Part shown: in pieces, positions 34,701 through 48,600 of the stretch
Position numbering within the stretch: position 1 is the first letter of the stretch
Layout of the letters: each line of letters begins with the position of its first letter
Assembly (NCBI RefSeq): GCF_964355755.1
Contig: NC_092675.1
Location: 31,480,912 to 31,544,911 of the forward strand
Direction: 5' to 3'
Length of the DNA stretch: 64,000 nt
Source of the DNA: Antedon mediterranea
Lineage: Eukaryota; Animalia; Echinodermata
Notes under the pieces: model-generated
What the model saw: the letters and a program-made list of their open reading frames with translations, nothing else
Databases searched by the model: none
What the model was told of the DNA's origin: nothing
Position numbers and translations under genes: made by a program

Positions 34701-37700
34701 TACTAGCCCATGAAACTAAGAGGAAAATATTTGATTTAAGTATTCAAATCATTTAAATATCTATTTGCCTACTAAACCACTCACTGTCTAGACAGTTTGA
34801 CCTACTAAACCACTCGCAGTATGTTGCTACTACTATATTTTATGTGATCAGTTGACTACTAAAACTACTCACTGTCCAGACAGTTTGTGTATTGCTACTA
34901 CTGTTGACTGGCACTGCGTAGCTTCTGAAAGCTTTATGTTCTTCAGACACTTGCTCCGGTTCATCATCTTCATTATTAGTGGCAGGTTTTAGAGATGTGA
35001 ATACCGTCTTCCATGCAGTTTCTTCTCTATTCTTCTTTTTACCTTTTTTCTTTTTCCTTCTTTGTTGCTGACTTATTGGTTGTGTTCCCTGTTCTGTATT
35101 TATAGGGTCAGTTTTCCTTTCTGCTGATGGATATAGTAAAGGAATTTCAATTGGACCAGATGATTGGCCAGAAATAAATGTTGGATCCTTGGGTGCATCT
35201 CCACAGTTACAACCAGTGCATTCAACAGTATCCTCAAGGCAGCCATTATCAGTACAGCCTCCACACCTATGATTCTGATGACCTTCAGGTAAATATTCCT
35301 GTGGGATTACTCCTGTACCACCAGATGGTAACTGACCCTTTCTTGACACTTGGTATCCTGGTATCTGTATCTTTGATGCAAGAGATTGTCCATGTGGTCC
35401 ATCAAATCTTAAAGACCCTTGATCAGTATTCGGTGGAATGTCTTCAGGGTTAAGACAACCTGATAGGCAGCCTTCAGGTAAAGGTTGTTCTATACAACCT
35501 TCAGTGCACCCGGCTGGACCATCACAGCTGTTAAGACATCCAGGTTGTCTATCGCAATTGTCATCAATACAGTCAGGTATTCCAGATGGACTGAATGGTC
35601 TTACATGTTGATTACTAGTCACAATAGCACCATCAGCCTCTCCATTACAGACACCTACAATAAATATTATACACAATTTAGTTGAATTCATGAATTCTAC
35701 AGCTTTTGATGTACAGTTACGGACACATTAATCCAGCAGGATAGGTAATGAGTGATGTTGTAGTGATTATGAAGTTAAATAAAAAAAAAAGGAGTATAAA
35801 TTCATACCATTATTGGCATCTTTAATGATAATTGTTATCCTGTTATTTTGTCCAAGGATTGCATTAACTGGTTCACGCAGGATCAAGCGCACACGTTCAC
35901 GGTTTTCCTCAATATTATCCTGAATTACCTCAACAGAAAATGTTGTTAAAGTAACACCTGGATCAAACTGAAGCATTTTTGATGGGCTTGTTATGAAATC
36001 TAATCCTACATTGGCTCCTAACTCATGTACAGAAATTTGAACAAATGAAGACGGCAAGATATAACCACTGCGTACGACATGGATTGGTAAAACACCAATA
36101 GTTTCGCATACCAGAACATCAGGCTGTGCAAATTGAATACTGGACCACTTGAATTCAAACCTGTTAACAGTAAGAAACAAAGCACTAATGGTAAATGAAA
36201 TAAAATGTGATAATATTGTCGGTTTTATAATAGTTTGTTTTTTAGTTACAAGTGAAGTTTTAAAACGTGATTACCTCTGCTTACTCAACTTGTTACCACT
36301 TTGATCTTGAACTTCAAATGTAAAACTATCATTTGTTGCTTTTGAGTTTTCTTTCAATACAAACACAACACTGAGTTCATTGATATCTTGTTGTGTAAAG
36401 CCAGTGGAAATTCTTCGTCTTGTCTTGGTGTTTTCTAAATGACCATAGAGTGGTTGTAAAACAATTTTATATGAAATATTGCTTGGTCCAGAACGTTCAT
36501 CAACCACTTCAAGATTACCTCTATTTAATACATAACCATAAAATCCATTCTTTCGCTCAAGGTTGGTGGGTACTTGCATTGTGGTTATATGAGGTGCAAC
36601 ATTATCAAACATGATAATGTTGATTGTAAATATTTGCGGTTGATATAAAACAGTATCATCAATTTTATACCCAATGTTGGTGCCATCAGATACTACAAAA
36701 TAAAACTCATCTATATCTGGTTCCCCACGTATATGCCTGTATGATATTTTAAGATTATCTATATCTGCCTGTGTAAATATCTTTCTCACAGGCGTGTCTC
36801 CAATCAGAAGTTGTCCATACAAAGGTGGTTGAGCTATAGTGTAAATAACATGATCACTTGGTGTGTCATCATCAACTGATCTTAGATAATTTGCACCAAT
36901 TATTACAGTGCCTTGTTCAGGTGTTGTTACATGTTGTAGCAGAACTAACTTTGGAAGTTCATTGTCTATATCTTCAACTATGATGTAAAATGTATCATTC
37001 CTTGATTCTTGACCATTACTAACCATAAAGCTAAAATGATCATTTTCAACTTGGTGTGTTTGTTTGTGTATGTATATAATTTGACCTGCTGTTAAATCCA
37101 GTTGTGTAAATGTCAATACTGGTGTCCCTGGTTGAGATAGCAACTCAATTTGGCCTTTGGACGGAGGTCCAATAACAGTATATACAATTTCATTCATCAT
37201 ATTACTTCTATCGTCAGCTGAAAGTAAATTACTTGAAATTACTACAAAATCGCCTTCCTGAACTAAAGCTCCATTGTTAACAATCTCAAGATTTTGTTTT
37301 TTAGTGTTGGTGATTTCGATTCTAAAACTTTCTTTTTCTGTGGATAATTCACCATCTGTAACAAAAAAGCGAATACGATCAAATCCTTTAGATCCTAAAG
37401 CACCAACATGCTGATATCTGACATGATTCAGGTTTAAATCTTGTTGAGTAAAATTTTCATTTTTTTGAATAACTTTCCAGATATCTTTATCTATATCATA
37501 GAGTTCTAGATGTCCACGTCTTGGTTCAGAAGTAATGATGTAATACAAGTAATAATCTGGTGTGTCTGCATCATATGCAAGTAGGACAACACTGGATAAG
37601 GTTCGAGTTGTATGCATATCTAATATAATTCCAGTATTTTTCATTATCGCTGGATACTGATCATTTACTGGGTGAATATTTATGTAACAGGTCTTTTTTA

Positions 37701-40700
37701 CAACATGCTTTCCATCAGTAACTCGCAAGATGAACTCATCACTTGTACTCTCTGAATCATCATGAACATAAGTTAGTTTTAGTGTGTTTAAAAGTTGGTT
37801 TAAATTGAAGTCATAGATAGGAGAACCTTCTTCAACAGCTGTTCTTAAATCAGTTACTTCTCGATCAATTATTATACCATGACGAGGGGCTTTAATGATA
37901 GAGAACATCAACATTTCCATTGGAATATCAACATCCATAGCAAAAAAGAAAGAAGAACTAAGTTTATAAAATGATCCTTCATACAATGTGAAATTAGTAA
38001 TGCTTAAGGTTGGAACTTCATCATTTTGAGGAACGATTGTCACCGGAAATGAGACATTAGCAGAAATGTGCTGACCATCAGTAGCATAGACCATAAAGAA
38101 ATCTGCAATTGGTTCAACACCTTGATGATCAGCTTGAACATAGTTAATGTTACCTATCGAAATATCATGCATTGTAAATGATATGATTGCTTTCCCAGCA
38201 TTGCTCTTTTCTGAGCCAATATCTGGCTGAATATTTTCTAGGAATCCCCAACTAGGATTTTGGGTAACAATAAAAATAATATCTTGTGGTTGAGTATCTC
38301 TGTCTATGGCACTCAGACTATTGGAGTTAATAGTTGTCCTTTGACCTTCGTCTACAAAATATGGATTACCAACAACTATAGCTGGTGGTTGGTTATTTAC
38401 TGGAGTAATACTGAAGTGAACATCAAGAAGAGGCAAGGTATCAACTGACGGAACTACTTTGTCAGATACAACAAATGTAACAGTGTCTTCAAGAGTGTTT
38501 CTACCAATTTCACCACTGGTATGTTTGTATTTAATTAGGTCATCTCGTACATCCATCTGTGTGAACGTAGATACAGCATTGCCATTTTTCAAGATGACCC
38601 CAGAAGATGGAGGACGTATAATAATGTATTTAAGCAGAAGGTCATGTGTGTCGACATCAGTTGCCGACAGCACATTTGTTGAAAGCAAAATTTCTCCTCT
38701 TTCAGGAAGTGAAAGTTCATTAATTAAACCAGGTAGAATCTGAGGAACACCATCATTTACAGGTGTAATAATGATTGACAGATCTTGTGTTGTGGTGTGA
38801 ATTCCATCAATTGCAGTAAGTGTAAAAGAATCTCTCAATGTTTCTGAACCATCATGGACATATCTGAAATACATAAAAACAGAAGTGAATTTGTTATTTG
38901 GAAGTCTATAAACAGTAATGTTGGTTATATCAAGGAAAAAGTAAGCTTGCATCATGCAAAAGTTCAAACAAGTTGTAGTTGTATATTATATACACAAAAT
39001 TTACATACAAATTACACACATGAATTGTATAATTATCCTCACCGTAGCCTTTGGTGTTTAATATCTTGCATTATAAATGATTTAGTGTTGTCTAAATTAA
39101 CACCATTTAGTTTTAGAGTGCCATGATTTGGAAATTCTTCTACTCGAAGTTTCACATATTCAAGTTTTGTATCCATATCAGTTACTGCCAACATCAGGTG
39201 CGTAATAATTGTTGTGTCGCCCTCTCTCACCATAATGTCATTGGACAAGATTTGAGGTGGTTGGTTGTCAACTGGAAGGATAGTAATATTAAAAAGTTGA
39301 CCAAGAACAGAATTGCCATGCTTATCACTAACAGAATAAATAAATTGTACTGAGCGTGTCTGTGATCCAATTTCCTTAAATGGTGGCATGTAGGCAATCC
39401 TAAGATGGTCAATCTCTTGCTGTGTAAATGAAATAATAGGCTGGTGATCAGGATCTTTTGTTGGCATCGTCATTTCTGATGTTGATATAATTCGTCCTGC
39501 ATCTGTGAGACTGTAAGTATCTGTGAAATGTGGTGACGTTGTGATGACATAGACAAGTTCATCATCTGGTGATTCATCATCACTATACTGTAGATTTTGC
39601 TGAGTAAAAACACCTATTTCAGTTTCCAAAACAGTAATACCTAGACTTGTACCCAACACCAAATATGGTGGCAGATCATCTACTGGTTCAATCTTAATTG
39701 TCACAAATTGCCTTGGTGACATGTTTGGAGGAATTTGGTTGTCGAGAAGAACAAAATCAAAAGAATCTTCAAAGATTTCTTCTCCAAGGTGACTATAATA
39801 AATACGGCCATGTTGTAAATCTCTTTGAGTGAATTCAGTCACTGGATATCCAAATGATTTTGGTGAATACTTCTTAAGAATTTCACCAGCATTTGGTGAA
39901 ACCATAATTTTGTACAAGATGAAATCATTAGGAGAATCTACATCAGATGCTAGAAGAAGGTCTTTAGTAATTCGTAAAACAGCGCCCTCTTGTACATTAA
40001 ATTGTACATTTCGAATCAAGTATGGCGGTGTATCATCCTTTGGCAGAATATTTATTGGGAATGTAGCATGTACACTATGGTGTATATCGCTAACTCTAAG
40101 TTCAATATTATCACTTTCAGAGTCAGAATTATCATGTTGATAGGTAATCAAACCATTAGCAATATCTGCTGGAGTAAACATGACTGCAATATTGTCTCCA
40201 TTATACAGTTTACCATGCATCAACCCACCCATTACTTTTATACGTACTCTGTCAATGTTGTCATTATCAACAATCTGTAAATGATCAGATGATATGATTC
40301 GGGATTGTCCTTCAAGTAGTGATAAACCTTTGTTAATCATGACTCGTGGCGCATTAGTAATAGAGTTGCGTACTGAAAACATCAGATTTATAGGCTTACT
40401 AGAAGCAAAGTAGCTATCATATACAACAAAATTCGTTTTATAATTTCTCCGTTCATGAAAACTTGTATTTGGTGGTTTGTAAGCAATGTTCAACATCTGT
40501 ACATCATATTGTGTGAATGACATGATGGGCTGTGATTGATCATTCAGGTGTACAATACAGCCTTCACTTATGTTGAACTCACTTACGACCTCAAACACCA
40601 GTTCACCTTTGGGTGTCTCATCATCCTTGGAAGAAAGAATGGATGGAGCGATAGTTGTAAGAATAAATTGGTCAACTTCTAGTAAGTACATACTCATATG

Positions 40701-41675
40701 CAATGCAGTGGGTGGTTGGTTAGGGAATGCTGCTTCAATATCCACAGGTAAATAATAAGTTTCTTCCTTTAAGCCAGTGTTTGGGTCATTTACTTCAGCG
40801 GTTAATGCAATAAAGTCAACATTTGGAGTTGGAGGAACTAGATGCTCATACTGAATACCAAGTAATACAAAATCATCACATTCCACACTGAGTGTACGAA
40901 TTCTTTCTGGATTTCCTGAGTGTTGGCTGATTAATTGCCCAAAGGCTGGTAGCTGTTTTGTCATAGTTCTTAAATGTATCATACAAACTGATCCAATACT
41001 CTCAGAGTAATTAAATCCCAGTACATTTGAGTCAATTACATTGGATTGGCCATTAAAATCAGACACTGATAAACGTTGTTTGGGTTGAAAGATTTCATAA
41101 GGATCATTTCTTATTGTTATATTCATCACAAATGTTTCTTGAAATGTTGATGTCGCAGTAAGATGAAAAACACGCAATTTCACATAATCTGTGGTGAGGA
41201 ACGGTGATCCTGAGTGAGTGTAACATAATGAACCAGCAAAATAGTCACAGTCAAACACCTAACAAATAAAAAAACAAACAAATCAATAGTCACAGTCAAA
41301 CACCTAACAAATAAAAAAACAAACAAATCAATAGTCACAGTCAAACACCTAACAAATAAAAAAACAAACAAATCAACGAATAATAGAACTTAGATCTAAA
41401 TTACTTACTACAGCAAAGTCTGGTTTGTAAAAATGTCCACTTACCTGTGGTTCAAACTGTCCAACTCTCTGTGTCATTGGTTCATTGTTGATCAATTCAA
41501 CCTTACAAGTGTCCATCATGTTTACTCGGCTAAATGACAACATTGTCTTGTCTATTTTCACACTTCGACCAATAGAAACACTGACACCATTATTGATTTT
41601 GACTAAGTTTCCATCTACTATCTGGATTACAAGTAAAACCATGAATGCTGTGAACATACTGTTAATAGCGCCCAT
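31777..41675 (-). CDS. FREM1: FRAS1-related extracellular matrix protein 1-like (signal peptide, NV, CSPG repeats, Calx-beta, C-type lectin); 10 coding exons
   Basis: Exons 41445-41675, 39043-41258, 36275-38863, 35808-36160, 34873-35654, 34563-34715, 34304-34457, 32855-32939, 32462-32547 and 31777-31964. PQVFDC, YTHSGSP, repeated FTQ.D/Y.HDGSE..D.F CSPG motifs, a single Calx-beta and a terminal CTLD (WIGINDK..WEW) give the FREM1 architecture. Probable non-coding first exon with donor at 43357. Confidence 0.9.
32148..32328. mobile_element. Palindromic PIF/Harbinger-like MITE (family I)
   Basis: Near-perfect hairpin AGGGTCTTTCACACCTGTTCCGGCACGGTTCCG .. CGGAACCGTGCCGGAACAGGTGTGAAAGACCCT with TAA on both sides. 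Confidence 0.88.
32637..32793. mobile_element. Family H MITE, best-preserved copy
   Basis: TAA|AGCTCTATCTACAGTATCAAACTTTATG .. CATAAAGTTTGATAGTGTAGACAGAGCT|TAA, with a 3-bp TAA TSD. Confidence 0.88.
33034..33951. repeat. 27-bp minisatellite, ~34 nearly identical copies, in a FREM1 intron
   Basis: Unit atgatctgtaactatataccatggcca, with a single variant (catgccca) in three copies. Confidence 0.97.
41240..41376. repeat. 45-bp x3 tandem repeat spanning a FREM1 3' splice site
   Basis: Units at 41240, 41285 and 41330. The minus strand reads gatttgtttgtttttttatttgttag|GTGTTTGACTGTGACTATT. Confidence 0.95.
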
Positions 41676-42530
41676 AATGGTGGTGGTCTCTCAATATTTC
41701 CTACAAAACAAACAATGCATGATTCATTATTACTAACACACTCTATGCACTTATGATGATTAATGTATTCATTAGGAAATTGTATTTTTTACTTACTAAA
41801 ATTAAAACTTACGCATTTTCGACGCAAGATTTTACCTTTTTGTAATTCTATGCCTTTTTGAGATTCTACATCTATTTACATTTCCTTTTTTACATATGCA
41901 GTATTTGGGTATCAAATTCATACATGGTATACAACCAATACAGATTGCTTTTTTACACTTTCTATTATAGGGTAGTTATGGCAATGTGTATAACCATACT
42001 GTACACATTGTTTTTTACATTTTCAATCAGGGTAGTTTATCATACACGACAAGCACATTGTTTGTTAACCACTTCCACACTGAATTATGCTACAGTGAAT
42101 TAACACTATAAATGACAGGAAATCGAGGACACGTTTTGTAAAAACCAACTACCGGTACCCATATTATTTTGTGATTAATAACTTGAAAAGTTTCTGTTTT
42201 TTAATCATTCATTCAAAAGACAGGGATTTAACAACACATTCAAGGGTTCAGGGGCATGATGTGGTTAAGGGAGGTGAATATGGTAATTGTTATTTTCAGT
42301 TGAAATTAACAAACTTTATCCATATAGGCAGTTTGGCATGTTTATCTTAAGACTAAACAACTGGCAACTGTTTAAACATAAACATGACCCCAAGGTCATT
42401 GTGAATACTACATCATTCTATATTTTTATTAATTTTAACAATTATAACGAGTATTATATAAGGTATGGTTTAAAGATCTTTGGCTATGTTCGGCTTTGGG
42501 ATGTTATACCACACTTAGGCCTAGGCTAGG

Positions 42531-42649
42531 CTATAGGGGTCGTCGGTTTCATGTTATGGGTTGTCCAATTCTAGGTCGTCCAATTCGAGGTCGCCCGGGT
42601 CGTTGGGGTCGTCCAATTCGACGTCGTCGCTTTCTACACACCCCTATAG
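42531..42649. mobile_element. Small CpG-rich MITE-like insertion
   Basis: Inverted ends CTATAGGGGT / ACCCCTATAG with internal repeats GGTCGTCCAATTCG. Confidence 0.55.
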
Positions 42650-43859
42650 TGCAGGAGTTTTAGAACTTTCAGACTATATTTAATTACATACACAAATACT
42701 GATCGTAAATAATTGATAATAAATCATATAAAAATCATCATTTTATTATAGAAGAAAGAACAATATTATGTTATGTCAAAAGTCAAGTGGTGTTTTCTGT
42801 AATAAATATTTCTTGTTATTGATATAATCTGAGATAAAAGTATTTGTAGAATTATTTAACTTGGAAATTGGCAACAATACTAGATTATGCTATTTTAAGT
42901 ACTTATAAAGTCTAATCTGACTTTTTTTAAAGGTTTATGCAATGCAGATTACAGACAACAAAAGTTAAGTCCAGGAAACTTGATTGTCACTCTATTTAAT
43001 TCTTTTCAAACCCGAGAGTTTTTGTTAGTTTTATTACAACCAATTCACTTAGTCTATAGCTATGCTCACATAATTCACCAAAAGTTGCTAATATTATTTT
43101 TATTATACAGATATTTTAGATACAAAAAAATAAAACTATGCCAGGAAAGCGGGCAGGAAAGTCGTGAAGTATGGTAAAAGTATTGTGTTGTCTGTAACAA
43201 GACCTTGGGGAGTCAACAGGGCATTCATGGGCCGAACCATGAAAGCAGAAGGAGAGCCTCTTGTGCTAATAAATACTCACTCAAAATTCAATCTGATGTT
43301 AACTTTTATTAAATTAATACTTACAAATTTAAAAGCATGCTAATTTAGATTACTTACCTTGGTAAAATCAATTCATGTTCTTGTACCTTTGAATACAACA
43401 CCAATAAACGTCTGCTGCGGTACACTTATCAGCTCAGCTGGCTCAGTGAAGCGTGAGTATTAAGATTGAAGTGTGGAAGTATCGTCACACTTCAGTGACC
43501 TGGAAAGGGCCGAAATTAGAGTATCCAAAAAAACTGATAAAACTGAAAGATAAATAGAATCCAAATTTTGTAACCCCTAGGGTTTCAAATAACAATGATT
43601 ACATAAAAAAAAGGAAAAGAATAGATAGAAAGTGCAAAAATACAATAAGTACATTTTTGTTTTTCTATGCATGGCCCAGCTATTATGAGAAAAGTCTACA
43701 AAATTGTACAAACTGTCAATTGTTTTATTTTTTATCAATCTCAGTCTAGTCACAGAAGTTCTTTTAAATTTATTTATCTTTATACTGGGTCATCTCTTTA
43801 GTACAAGTACCTGGTGTGTAAGTCACATGCAGAGAAGCAGATGATCTTACTCTTTAAAA

Positions 43860-44000
43860 AGCCTTAGTCTATCAAACTTTATGACAAAAACATGTGATGT
43901 GCCCATATAATAGACATGATGATATACATATCACTACTATATCTGGGCATAAATTACTACCATATTTGGGTACATCAAGTTTGATAGTGTAGATAGAGCT
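43860..44000. mobile_element. Family H MITE (degenerate)
   Basis: ctatcaaactttatg .. aagtttgatagtgtagatagagct|tta. Confidence 0.7.
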
Positions 44001-45626
44001 TTAAAAAGATAAACATTTTTCAACCTTTAAAAAAAAAGGATACACAATGTTCACTTCTTAATTTTTTAATCAGTTCCAGCTGAAACATTGTAAAAATAAA
44101 CATGTAAAAACAATGCAAATTATCTTTTTAAAAATAGTACAATTATTTGGAATTATTTGTTTATGATTTTTACAATTTAGTAAAAATAAAGTGTAAACAC
44201 AACTTTGGCTAAATTATTTTCCTGTGACAACATTATGATGACTATACTACAAAAAATACTAACAATTACTAGAATTACTAGAAACTAACTAAAATTCTTT
44301 TCATTGGGCTATTCTCTAAAAGCATTTTACAAAAAGTGGATGGTCTGCACTACTCAACAATCTGTGTAGAATATTACAATGCCTTATTTAAATTACCTAT
44401 TCAAATTACATATTCTGTATTCAGAATATCTACTGTAGTTTAGGTAAAATAGTATCACAGCATTTTGAATGATTGTAAAAACATATATCTTCAGTAAATT
44501 AATATGTGGAGATATGTTTTTGTAATTGACTAGGTAGGGCACCTGTATCAACAAGTATACGTTTTCCTCAATCAGGGACTCTACAATTCGGCTGTTTTAT
44601 CAACTTGCACAATATATTACTTTCTTTTGTATTGCACAAACTGGATAGACTTTAATCAATCAATACAAACTAAAATATACATAATCACAAAACAAATGAA
44701 TATAATAATAATAAATACTAAATATTTATTCGGTCACTTGAGTGAGTAAAGGTGAAAGTAAAACATGTTTTGCACTAAACTCCATTGATACATCTATTAA
44801 GACAAATGCTTTTGAATCATATTGTACAAACAACTATGTACCAAATAAACATTATTAATACAGCATATTATGACCTAATATGTGAATTTGTGTTGTGTAT
44901 AAGTACTAAGTAGGCAATGAATATATAGAAAGATCAATAAAACAGTATGAACATTATTATGTTATATTAGTTAGATTTTAAAAATAAGGAGAAGGCATTT
45001 TTCTTAATTTTTACACTGTCTGCTGCTTATATGTGCTACATTATTAAAATTGTATTTGAAAACTAAGTCTAATGAAATTTCAATATGAAAATTACAGATT
45101 TCACTGTATGGTCACAGAGATTTCTGACAATAATAATGAAGGAAAAAATACTAAAGACATTAATAATAGAAGACTATAATATTATATCAATTTGTGTATG
45201 TATACATTTCTAATACTTATTTACAAATTAAAATACGTTATACTTTGATTACTTTTAAAGTTAATTAGGAATATAACAAGTCATTTATTATCATCACAAA
45301 ATACAACAGTTACATATTTATATCCACTATCATTCAATTATTGTAAACTATCTAATGTAATTTATTATGTCTAGGTTGATGATGTGTAAAAGTAACTTTT
45401 TGTACGTAGTCCAAAAGAAACTTAGATGGTACAACAGCTTAGATGTATCAAAGTACATGATTGGTTGCTAAGTTAATATACCATTTTAGATGTATTAAAT
45501 ACATGATTGGTTGCTAAGTACAACAGCTTACAGTAGAAAGTACACCTATTAGATGTAGCTAAAATAACAGCCGATTTGATACTGATTTGGTACAGTAGTT
45601 TTTCCCTCAGTAATTGCCATTTCTTT

Positions 45627-48600
45627 TTATTCCAGATTGCTTACTTTATTACTGTCAGCTAATATTGCTTGTGGGATATCAATAATCTAAAATAAACAAT
45701 GAAAGTGATTTTAAAAGAAGTTCTGATAAGAATGAGAAATAGAAGTAAACTTATGGAGAATAAAAGGTGAATCTAAAGAGATAGGTGTGTCAGTACAGTA
45801 GTTAGTAAGAAGATAATTAGAATTTGGTATAGTATTAATGGTAATATTCTGTACACTTACGGAATCAAATTTTACTTCTTGAAAGAGTTCTTGAATGAAT
45901 CTTCTGGCAGAGAGACGGAAAGTATGGGTTGCTAATGTGTGGCAGACATCTGAATAAAGGCAAATGTCTTCAAAAATATGTGGGAACTTCTCTTTTAAAC
46001 TAAAAAATATATATATAGAATAACTTGTCAGTTACCAAATCAAATAAGAAAAATACACTTGTAATATTTAGGTATTGTTATAATAAATAAATAATAATTA
46101 CTTTAATAGACCCTGTTCTTGGGCTTTCCTTCTTACTGAGCTGCACATATTGCTAATAAACTGCATTAGTTCCTTTCTTAATAGTTGATAACCATGATTT
46201 GAATTGTATGATGTGAACTTAGATGAGCTAAGACGTGAAAAGTTACTGACATCGCTTGATGGACTCATAGAAAATTCTCCCTTTTCCATTGAATTCTCAA
46301 CTTGAAGATTGTCCAATTTTATGTCCAATGGTTCACATTCACTAACAGATCGTAATCTTCCATAATCTGAAATAATATAGCAATAATGTTTTGCAAATGT
46401 TTTATACATCAGCTTTCAAATAAAAATACATAGTTCTATTTGAACAATAAATCTAAAAATTACAAATTTAAGAAAAGTAGATAATTTTGTAATTAGAAAT
46501 AATGATGGAATCTAATTACATATCATTTTTTGGTAGCATTCGATACAAATTTATATTTAAATATTTGATATAATAAACTTTTAAAACATAAAAAATAGTT
46601 ATATTTTAAAACAGACATGCATTCAAAGACATATTTTACCATTTTCTTCATCTGTATCATCTTTAGAGCAACGGAAACAAAACTGCCTTAAATGGATATC
46701 ATCATCTGTCTGCTGTGAGTTATATTTGTCTCTTTGTAAACTGTTTCGTGTAACGTGACCAATAGATTGATAAGACTCCGGTAAACTAGATTCTTGTGGT
46801 GATAATGGTAACAAGGTTGGGAATGAAGTACTTAGGTTCTTGTGTTTTGTAAAGCGTACATTATCAACACAAGTTACTTGTAGCTGCTGGGACTGGCAGT
46901 TTTCAACTAACTTAAAGAAATTTTGACGGTATAACGATTCATCATCCTGAAAACAAATTATCTAATGTCAGAATAGTTACTTTCCATACATGGTTATCTT
47001 AATGATGGAAGACATGTTTATATCTAATACATTTATTATGCGTTAATCATATAATGTCATTGAAATTCCTACACGCAAGTTTGTATATAATTGAGACACA
47101 TATAAATGTTTGCTCATTTAAAACTGAAAGCACCCTACAAACCCACACATGTAGTACAGGCATTAACAAAGACATGTTAACATACTTACATGAAAAATAA
47201 GATGGACATCTACAGGTAAGCAGAGACCCATGTACCCACCAACAGCAGATGTAATTCTTTGATTAGCTTTGGGCGATGGTATACATGGCATGCTATTGCT
47301 GATGAAACCCGTTAAAGATCCAGAACTTCTGCTTCTAAAATAGATGAATTGATATTGGCATTATTCATAAATAAGACTGAATTTATGTTTTTTTTCCAAC
47401 TCTGTTATTTTCACTGTTGAGTGGTGGTGAAATAAAAAGTGGAAATATTGGCGGTACAGTATTTTGAAATACTGTAGGTCTTTAGCAACTTCTTTCTTAT
47501 TTATTTTGTTTATTTAAATGGTACAAAATTCTTTATATTAGGAAATATTACCACCACATATTACAACATAATAACTACATGCAGGAATATAATGTATTGT
47601 ATACTAAACTTACAAAGGAAATTTAGAATTGGTTAAATGATCATCTTGGAAAGTGTTTATAAGGCCACAATCATCCACAGACAGTCTTCTGTGTAACTGA
47701 AGAGCACGCAAGGCTGCATACCCATTAGCATCCCGCCTACTAGTAAATACTGCATTAGTTTCAAACGTTCCACCAGAGTTCTTTCCAAAACTTCTTGGAA
47801 GAGTCCTTGAAACTCTTTGTGTAAAGCTAGGAGTTCGATGTAAGTTATATTGTCTCCTTGTAGCATCCGAAGAATGTACAGTTTTAACAGTTTGTCCACT
47901 CATGACTGTACTTAGACTAGTCATGGATGAGTCATGGTGAGGACTTGATGGGTGTGATAACATTGAACTTACTCCACTTGTTTGTGTTGTGTCAGTTGTA
48001 AAGCTTTCACTTCTACTTTTGGAACCAGCACTTCCACGACCAGAACTTTCATTACTATTGCTTCTAAATTTTAGACTTTGACTGCGATCTCTGGCAGTAT
48101 TTGCTGGAGGTGGATAAGCAGAGTCTGTGAGGGTTCTTGGTTTGGTTTGTATGCTATGTTGGGAATGTGAATTAGTTATTACGTTCCTTGACCTGGCTTT
48201 ACTGTCACTATTACTTCGTATCTTTTGCAACGGACTCTTTAATAAAGAGTCATCATTTCCTTCCATTGAAGGCATTGTTTTAACTCGTCTCAAATCATTT
48301 GTCCTTGGAATACGTCTGTCTTGATTAGCTGCAATTTCTCTGCGAATACCAGAATTACATTTGCTATAACCATCTGTGTCTGCTGCTTGATAAAGTGGAA
48401 ATCCAATCTTATCTTTGTTTTTTGACCTTACTGAACTTTCAAGATGAGGAGCTTTTTGTGCTCCAGTAGCCAGTTTATGTTCTCCTTTATCATCAATGCT
48501 TAAAAAGAAGGTAGACTTTGGACTAACAGCAACATTGTCACCGGTAACAAAAAACAAGCTTTCAGGCTCTTGGTTAACAATTGATTCATCAAATTGATAT

